Origin: Octopus vulgaris
Taxonomy: Eukaryota
Assembly (NCBI GenBank): GCA_951406725.2
Contig: OX597815.1
Location: 171,306,001 to 171,370,000, forward strand
DNA: 64,000 bases
Direction of reading: 5' to 3'
Shown: one piece after another, positions 55,063 to 64,000 of the stretch
Layout of the letters: every line of letters starts with the position of its first letter
Numbering within the stretch: position 1 is the first letter of the stretch
Position numbers and translations under genes: made by a program
Notes under the pieces: model-generated
Told to the model about the DNA's origin: nothing
The model's database searches: none
Seen by the model: only the letters and a program-made list of their open reading frames with translations

Positions 55063-55697
55063 TAAGTGTGTGTGAGAGAGAGAGTAAGTGTGTGCATGCG
55101 TGTGTATGTGTATAAGTTTATGTATGCGTTTGTTCCCCACTCTGTGCTTGACAACTGTTGTTGGTTTGTTAACGTCCCAGTAACTTAGCAGTTCGGCAGA
55201 TAGAAACCGATGGAATAAGTACACAGGCTTTAAGAAATACGATTAAGAGTCGATTTGTCCGACTAAAACCCTTCAAGGCAGTGCCTTTAGCTTTGTCTCT
55301 GTCTAACGACTGTGACAAAGCTAAAGGGTAAACGATAAAAGATATCCGTCGCACCCATTCGTCTACTAACTGGCTGTATATACCATGATTTTCTTAATTG
55401 TTTTAGACACCTAGGTAGTTGCAAGCAGATGTAGATACGCTCTCATTTCATGGCTATCACATCAAGTATGTGATATCTGACGTATGTGATATCTGACATC
55501 TTTATAAATGTCCTAGAATATTTCACACTAACTTGGCTTTGTTGTCTCATTTTATTTAACATATACATGCTCACACACGCATTAGACTCCCCACTCATAC
55601 TATTATCGAACCGGGACTCTAGCTACGCTCATTCCGTAGCACTTACATAGCCTTTTTTTTATCATTTTGGGTCGTCTGAATACAACCACCTCACATA

Positions 55698-55728
<31 letters not shown>

Positions 55729-55831
55729 ACCCAATAACGTTCGAAAATCGATTAAGGTGGTTCGTCATTTTTTTTTTCAGTCTGCGGAGAAACGGCTAAA
55801 ATTTGCCCTGTTTATAATTATACCATATGTT

Positions 55832-55863
<32 letters not shown>

Positions 55864-55891
55864 TTATATATACATAAATACATATATATAT

Positions 55892-55951
<60 letters not shown>

Positions 55952-56194
55952 GGATGAATGAATTGTCCTTTGTTTACCGTTAACATGGAAAATTCAATAA
56001 ACAGTTACCAGGGTAGCAAAATTCACGCAAGTAACAAGGATGTAGCGACCTATTCAAAGGTAGAACCTCTGGGTTAATGTAATTTGTGTAGTATAAGTAA
56101 ATAAATGGACTTGAACGCAGATGCTATTCAAATTTATATATATATATATATATGTATGTATATATCCACACACACATATATGTATTTATATAGG

Positions 56195-56284
<90 letters not shown>

Positions 56285-56471
56285 TTTTTACTAATTAATT
56301 AATTTTTACTAATTAATTTCCAAGTAAGTAACCTTCACCCTTTTCATCCGACTCTACTCTACACTATTGTCTTCCTCCATCCTTCTCTAATTCCCTTTTC
56401 TCCCCTCCCTCCTTCACTGTTTTCTATCTGTTTCTCTCTCCCCTCTTTCTCTTTTACCCTGTCTCTCTCTT

Positions 56472-56508
<37 letters not shown>

Positions 56509-57297
56509 CTCTCATTGCTCACACGTGACCATCTTTCTTTTCCTGCACCGACGTTCAAAAGTACGGACTTTTTGCCTCTCTTCTACCGTTTCTCTTTTCA
56601 AAAAATGCTTCTCACGGCTTTCACTATTTCCCTCTCGTTCTAGCCTAACAACCCTCCATGTTTGTTTTCGTTCTGTTTCCTTGTATGTCTCCATATACAT
56701 GTTTTTGTTCCCAAATTTGACCCTCCATAAATCCTATATTTTATTTTAGAATTTATGGGAGCAGCTGTCTTTGAAGACTCATATTGTCGTTGAATGCTCA
56801 AAATGAGGAGTAGACAAACAGCCGACAACTGATGAAGGGTTCTTTTTCTGTGTTTAGTTGTCCGGTTTTCCAATTTTTCTCGTTGTTTTCTTATCCAATT
56901 AATTTCAATTTTGGGGGTTTTATATCATCTGAATGAGAATGGACATTTTTCTCATTAGAAAAAAATACATAGTTTTATTGTTTCTAGACGTTTCCCTGTT
57001 AATTGTCATTAATTACAATTGTAACAAAAATTATTGCAGATCTCCTTTTTTTTTTCTTTTTTTAAAAACAAAAAATAAATAAGTAGTTTTCTTAACCTAT
57101 TAATATCCTGAAAATTGTGGTATAATTTATTTTCATTGAATACGTACAAATAAATTTATTTCAGTTAATAAACATTAATTTTTGTAGAAACTCTGTTAAA
57201 ATATCTGAACACTCACTCTGCAACTCAACGTTTATTTTAGCGTTAGATAATATTCACGTAACGAAGTAAGCAATCGTTTTCAAAATTTCAAATCTAA

Positions 57298-57957
<660 letters not shown>

Positions 57958-58479
57958 GCAAATACGCGCGTGCGGTGTGTGAATTCTTCGTTTTCTTCTA
58001 CTTCATTTAATGAATCCAATTTTACTTTCCTTACCTATGTCGGAGTTGTGTTCACTGAGGGAAATTGATATATCCCGTTTAAAATCGACCATGTTTTCTG
58101 CTTTTTTACATTGTTTTAATTATCGCAGCCATTCATCCTTGAAAATCTAGGTCGCTGTTAGTAAATTTGAAGCTAGTATTCCTTTTTTAAAATGATAAAT
58201 CTTTTAGTTCTTTAAAGTGCTTACAATTTCATTATATTGTGGTGTGACTTAAAGAAAATATCGAAATTCATGACGTGACAAGAAGTCACGTCACTTGTCA
58301 AAATTTCTGACCTGAAATGACATCACCTCAAATCTTTAACAAATGTCATGAGGACATTCTTTATTGAAACGTTTTAACTTCCACATTTCTTAAATATTTA
58401 ATAGATTATTTTTACTGTAGAAATTTCATTCTCATCCTTTCAAATATTTATTTATTTATTTATTTATTTATTTACATCT

Positions 58480-59006
58480 CACTTTATTTTTTTGTGTGAC
58501 CCCCTTCGGTCATGAAGGACCATGGGATTGTACCAAGAAAGTTACCCTCCGAGGCACAAGTCTGGACAAGGTTGTTTATGGAAGACCAGCAGTCGCCCAT
58601 GCGTACCAGCCTCCCCTCTCCATGCCACCGATGTTGTCCAAGGGAAAGGCAAAGGCCGATAAAGCTTGGCACCAGTGACGTCGTAGCTCATTTATTAACG
58701 TACAAGTGGCTGAGCACTCCACAGACACGTGTACCCTTAACGTAGTTCTCGGGGAGATTCAGCGTGACACAGAGTGTGACAAAGCTGACCCTCTGAAATA
58801 CAGGTACAACAGAAACAGGAAGAAAGAGTGAGAGAAAGTTGTGATGAAAGAGTACAGCAGGGTTCACCACCACCCTCCGCCGGAGCCTCGTGGAGCTTTA
58901 GGTGTTTTCGCTCAATAAACACTCACAATGCCCGGTCTGGGAATCGAAACCGCAATCCTATGACTGCGAGTCCGCTGCCCTAACCACTGGGACATTGCGC
59001 CTCCAC
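58480..59006 (-). mobile_element. SINE family C (composite 3' part)
   Basis: Head homologous to 7730-7907. Confidence 0.75.
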
Positions 59007-59619
59007 ATCTCAGTATATATATGCTGCTATACTATGCTACCCCAGCGTATGCTAGACTATTGGCAGTATTGCACACCTATGCATATTCCCAATAGGGGCA
59101 AACAAATTAGCCATATCATTATTTAAGAAGAAACTGAAAGTTCTCAAGATGCAGATTCTCCTTTGTAGATGAAGCAAAGATAAAGAATTTAAAGCGAAAA
59201 TATATTACAAGTATGATAATGATTTGGAAATTTTAAACCGATTAACCTTGCCTCACTGAACCCTCTTGTCAATAGCCTTTGATGCCAATATGAATGTAGA
59301 GTTAAGGAACTCGATCAAGTCAAGTAAATATATATGTATATCCTCTTGCAGATACTTCTATGTATGCTCCTCGAAGTGGAAAGACAAGCGATTCAGTAAC
59401 CTAGATGCATTCTGGTATATTTTTGTAATTTTAAATGAGAAATGACACTCAAGTATCTCTTGCCTGCTATAAACTTTGTTTCTTTCTTTTAGCAACATAG
59501 AATATCTCTCTTCTCTCAAACTATTTTAGTATTTAGTTTCAAGGATGTCTGCCTGTCCACCTCGACTGTTGGATTTAACCACTAGCATATAAGATATTGG
59601 CTGAAAAGAGAGCAGGTAT

Positions 59620-59793
59620 TGATAGTGAAGAAAAAGAAGTCGTGAAATTATTGCAATGGATAATAAACTTGATGTTTTATAGGTGCATAATGCAAGAGGA
59701 AAAGTTTAAATCGCAGAAACATTAAATATTGTCACATCTACAGTAGAAACAATGTGTGACAATGGATATGAAATGATTTCAAGTACTGTATCT

Positions 59794-59795
<2 letters not shown>
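59620..59795 (+). mobile_element. pogo/Tigger transposase N-terminal (psq HTH) remnant
   Basis: Degenerate KRSREIIAMDNKLDVL...IAETLNIVTSTVETM. Confidence 0.4.
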
Positions 59796-59836
<41 letters not shown>

Positions 59837-59841
<5 letters not shown>

Positions 59842-60504
59842 GGGATAATTCTCAGAAACCATGGTCAGAAACCATGGTCTAGGAACTAAATTAGATGGCA
59901 AACGTTTGTAATTTTCATTCCTTTTGAGAATTTCTCCCCAATTAGTGGTTTGAATTTTCTACTGCTCTTTCTTGCACAAGGCTTTCCTATTTGGAAGCCT
60001 CTTTACGTGTTTTAATGTACACGATATTTTTATGTAAATATTATATAGTCTATTGACTAATTTTTTGTGCTAGGCCACTGGTAATAATAATTTCTATAAT
60101 TCTTATTACCCTAATATTATTTATTATTTTTAAATATTTTTTGATAAATTTGTTTGAAATTTTACCGGCATCCTTTCTGTCGCCAGAGATAAACTGCGTC
60201 TGCGCAGTGGATTTGAAAAGTTAGAATATGCAGGCAGTGAGTTTACATGCGGATCTAGTTGTGTGTATATTTAAAATCTAAAGGCTACCTACTGATGAAG
60301 ACTGGCCTCAGTAAAATTTTTTGTTTACTTAAATTAGTCAGAAACCATGGTCTAGGAACTAAATTAGATGGTAAACGTTTTTAATTTTCATTCCTTTCGA
60401 GAATTTATCCCTAATTAGTGGTTTGAGTTTTCTACTGCTCTTTCTAGCAAAAGGCTTTCCTATTTGGAAGCCTCTTTAATGTGTTTTAATGTACATGATA
60501 TTTT

Positions 60505-60510
<6 letters not shown>
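59837..60510 (+). mobile_element. Non-coding HHR-delimited tandem element (retrozyme / Penelope pseudo-LTR type) inserted in (TA)n
   Basis: 59865-60036 is repeated at 60338-60510 (period 473 bp), each copy starting at the HHR 3' half GAAACCATGGTC|TAGG. A short inverted piece at 59837-59853 matches 60399-60416. (TA)n flanks both sides. Confidence 0.75.
60288..60356 (+). ncRNA. Type I hammerhead ribozyme (canonical core)
   Basis: Stem I CCTA/TAGG (extends ATCTAA/TTAGAT), CTGATGA 60292-60298, stem II GACTGG...TTAGTC with inner AGTAAA/TTTACT, GAAA 60341-60344, palindromic stem III CCATGG, GUC cut after 60352. Confidence 0.85.
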
Positions 60511-60539
<29 letters not shown>

Positions 60540-60681
60540 CTTAAGACAACAAATCCTGATTGATGAATTTGAAGCAACGATCAATTTATGTTGTAGCTGA
60601 AAGGAGTTCAATATGGATATAGCAATGATTTCAGCCGAAGTTGTTTTCAGATATGAAAACGGGGCCATCGTTTACTATCTA

Positions 60682-60858
60682 CCGTACTTTAACTTGTTTA
60701 AGGAACCCGCGTGTATAAGGAACCCCCCTAATTTGGGGGTGCTTAAAATTTGGAAAAATGGTTTTGTATGGGGTTAAAATATCCATGTATAAGAAACTTC
60801 CGTATTTTTTAACCTAATTTTTGACAAAAAAGGGTTCCCTATACACTTTAAAATACGG
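60682..60858. mobile_element. pogo/Tigger-like MITE
   Basis: TA-CCGTA...TACGG-TA ends; subterminal AGGAACCC/GGGTTCCCT inverted repeats. Confidence 0.65.
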
Positions 60859-60987
60859 TAATTTACAAGAAACACAAAGTTTTAATATTAGATAATAAAT
60901 ATATTAGCATGGAGTTGCAGAATAGTGGGGAGGCATGGTTTTGTTCAAAGAACTCAAACTGCCCCTACCACCTTATAATTGTCATTA

Positions 60988-61171
60988 CTAGGGAGTGCTG
61001 AAAAGTTACTGATTTTAATGGTATCGCGAAAGGCCTGGCTGAAGGCCCAACCTTCTGAGTTCTTTTTACAGGGCTTAGAAAAAATGAAAGACTGCTGCAG
61101 TAAGTTTGTGAATCTGAGAGGAAAATATGTTGAATAAAATCAAAACTAATTAACTTTTCAGCAACTTCTCG
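60988..61171. mobile_element. Mariner-derived MITE (same family as 45308-45523, opposite orientation)
   Basis: Internal homology to the 45308 copy and GCTGAAAAGTT/AACTTTTCAGC TIR cores. Confidence 0.7.
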
Positions 61172-61610
61172 TACTGGAGTTGATTAAATCCATGTTGTCC
61201 TAAGGGAAATCTTTGTTGTTGTTGTTGTTGTTGTTTTTCGTCACCTTTCTGGGACCCTAGTATTGATGTCATTATTGCCGTCTCCGCTGTCATGTTCGTT
61301 ATCATCAGTATTAACGGTGACAGACGTTTTTTCAGTTTCTCTTCAATATTTCTTCCCGTCAGGCCGAGACAACCACATCTCCATTCCTGAAAAAGTTACA
61401 GAGCAGTTATTTTATTTATATATTTTCCCACGTATTACATATGGCTTGTTTTTTTTGTTTTTAAATTCTTTAGCTATATCTTTCGCTCTCAAATTTCTCT
61501 CTCGCGCGCAGTGTGTATGTCTCTCTCTCTCTCTCTCTCTTTCGCACACACACACACACAAATGCACACACACACACACACATATGCAAACACACACACA
61601 CACACATATG

Positions 61611-61649
<39 letters not shown>

Positions 61650-62340
61650 CACTGAAATGTCAGTAATAAAAAACAACTATAAGTGCATCAAATAACTTTA
61701 AGTACTCTTGTTTTCATAACAGCGTATCCAAACAATAACCCTTAAAATGATTTTATTTTTAAATAAACGGAATGAAAAACAATGGTTCTCATTGGTTCAT
61801 TTCAAAACAGATGAAAGACGACCGTGTTCAGTTTGTCATGTCAAAGAACAAATTATATGTTGACAAAAATACTAATAGCTTTCCTTTGTAAAAACAAAAG
61901 GCATAGAACATTCGCCTCTGAGATTGGCATGTCAAATAGCCTTGACAACAAGTATCTAACGAACTGGACAGTATATTTTTATAATTGCAATATTATATCC
62001 GCTATCCGCAAACACACGCACGTAAGTACGAACGCGCGCACACACACAATTATACACACACATTTGTTCGCATTGCCTAATATACGTATGCATATGCACA
62101 TTTGCAGTGAAATAGATGCAAAATTGCATAGATGTATGCATAGATGCTAGCACACAAATGTATACATTGGAACGCACATAAGTAAATGCATACGTACGAT
62201 CCCGCACCCACGTTTATATATATATATATATATATATATAAATGTGTGTGTGCGTGTGTGTGTGTCTGTGTGTGTGTGTCTGTGTCTGTGTATCTGTGTG
62301 TCTGAGTGGGTGTGCGGATGTGTGTGTGTAAGAGAGAGAG

Positions 62341-62376
<36 letters not shown>

Positions 62377-62616
62377 AAAGATGGAGAGAGTGTGGCCTAA
62401 TGGTCAGGGTATTGTACTCACGATCGCAAGATCGTGTTTTCAATTCCTAGCTCGGCTGGTGCCTTGTGCTCTTGCACGAAATGCGTCATCTCATTGCTCT
62501 GCAATCACTTTGGAACCTGGCACGTGGTATACAGTATATATGTTTAAACAACGTCGATGTAATGGAGAGAATGAGCTATGTGTGTATGTGTGAGAGTGTG
62601 TGTGTGTATGTGTGTG

Positions 62617-62696
<80 letters not shown>

Positions 62697-63005
62697 GGAA
62701 CACACGAGTTGATGTGTATAAGGAAAATAAGACAAGAAAGAAAATGCTAAAATAATTTTATCATGAAGAACATTTTAGTACCGGTTTCAGGCATTGCAAC
62801 TTTATCAACTTAGAGTAAAGTATGAAAAACAATTAAATTGTGGAAAAATTAAATGAAATGGTTTTTAAAAAAGTATTTCCATAGTTTTCAAATGCAAGGG
62901 ACATTTTCCTTTTTTCTATCTGTCTCTGTCTCTCTTTTTTTACTCTTGTTGGGTTCTAGGTAGTCTGATATGATTTCTTATTTTCGATTATTTAAGCAGC
63001 AGTAG

Positions 63006-63367
63006 TAGTAGAGAAAGGAGGGGGGAGGAGGAGGAGGAGGAGAGGAGAAGAAGAAGAAGAAGAAGGAGAAGAAGAAGAAGAAGAAGAAGAAGAAGAAGAA
63101 GAAGAAAATGCAGGAGTGGTATCACAGTAGCAGGATATTGGTGGAATCCTCTTAAATGGTCATATCTTTTAGGTCATGACTTTTAGGTCATTTGCCCATT
63201 TAAGAGGATTCCACCAACATCCTGCTACAGTCATACCACTCCTGCATTTTCTTCTTCTTCTTCTTCTTCTTCTTCTTCTTCTTCTTCTTCTTCTTCTTCT
63301 TCTTCTTCTTCTTCTTCTTCTTCTTCTTCTTCTTCTTCTTCTTCTACGCCGCCTCCTTTCTCTACTA
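63006..63367. repeat. Foldback with (GAA)n/(TTC)n microsatellites inside its arms
   Basis: TAGTAGAGAAAGGAGG..(GAA)n..AATGCAGGAGTGGTAT..GGAATCCTCTTAAATGG is mirrored by CCATTTAAGAGGATTCC..ATACCACTCCTGCATT..(TTC)n..CCTCCTTTCTCTACTA. Confidence 0.85.
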
Positions 63368-63790
63368 TCCGGATTTCAAGATCAGGTTTATACCAATAAT
63401 TTTAGCGCACTAGGATATGTAACACACTACCTACGTACCAATTTTTGAGAAATTAGACTTCTCAACACAAGAAAAGCTGATTTGAAGACTAAATCCAAGT
63501 CATCACCGAAATTGTAAAAGTTTGTAAAACTTTCCAGAAGTTTTCTATTTAAGTATATATGCGCATGTCTAAGCATGCAACTACATGCATGAGAATACAT
63601 ACATGAATCAAATCATACAAATTTGCACATGCACTAGCTCCAAATATTGCACACATACATGCGATAAAAACATGTTGTTGTTGATGAAATTCGAATGAAG
63701 TTTGCCTTGGATCAGGCTTAGAAATGTGCTCTTTCTCTATTAACAATAAAACTTGAAATGAAATTAAATAACGACATACAAACACACAGA
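63368..63790 (+). mobile_element. 3' end of the same (CA)n-tailed RLE LINE family
   Basis: Homologous to the reverse complement of 27220-27640 (ALGYVTHYLRTNF; shared 3'UTR ending ...AATAACGACATACAAACACACA). Confidence 0.7.
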
Positions 63791-63966
63791 TGTGTAATGC
63801 ATAGTTACAGTTTGTGGATGCTTGGATAGATGTTTTAAACGTTTGTGATCGGTGGTGGAATCAAAATCTAAAGCTTAAAATATGGTTCAATTTAAAAGCA
63901 GAACAAAATGATATAAAAGAAACTAGAGAGCCAAATTTTCAAATCAATAAGAACAGCAACTGCAGT

Positions 63967-64000
63967 GGAGGCGCAATGGCCCAATGGTTAGGGCAGCAGA
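63967..64000 (+). mobile_element. SINE family C head, truncated by the window edge
   Basis: GGAGGCGCAATGGCCCAATGGTTAGGGCAGC. Confidence 0.7.

Noticed and set aside
56825-56860. CTGATGA in a repeat-like region (56330-56880)
   Set aside because: No matching GAAA or stem III downstream.

Overview
AT-rich, microsatellite- and transposon-dense eukaryotic DNA. The SINE/LINE/microsatellite make-up suggests a coleoid cephalopod, probably Octopus (inference). Only two host genes are supportable: a convergent (tail-to-tail) pair of paralogous innexins, A (+, main exon 17334-18474) and B (-, main exon 33571-32422). Both open with a phase-2 acceptor whose first exonic base is G, so the start codon is probably split (AT|G) across a long first intron; candidate donors are 11181/11182 and 41070/41069. 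Both carry altered YYQW signatures and extracellular N-glycosylation sequons, suggesting non-junctional, pannexin-like channels. The rest is repeats: R4/Dong-type RLE LINEs in (TAA)n or (CA)n, Tx1/L1 and CR1-group LINEs, a Penelope (GIY-YIG) remnant, an hAT/Charlie element with TIRs and TSD, three adjacent mariners, DD37D/maT and pogo remnants, MITEs, foldbacks and three tRNA-derived SINE families. The most striking signal is a set of hammerhead ribozymes (HHRs). These are a canonical type I HHR in a highly structured ~220 nt unique island sense-downstream of innexin A (21290-21336), a 473-nt head-to-tail HHR-delimited retrozyme-like unit (59850-60510), an HHR in an inverted pseudo-LTR element (8571-9480) and several minimal variant HHRs. 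All calls were made by eye; no searches or folding programs were run.
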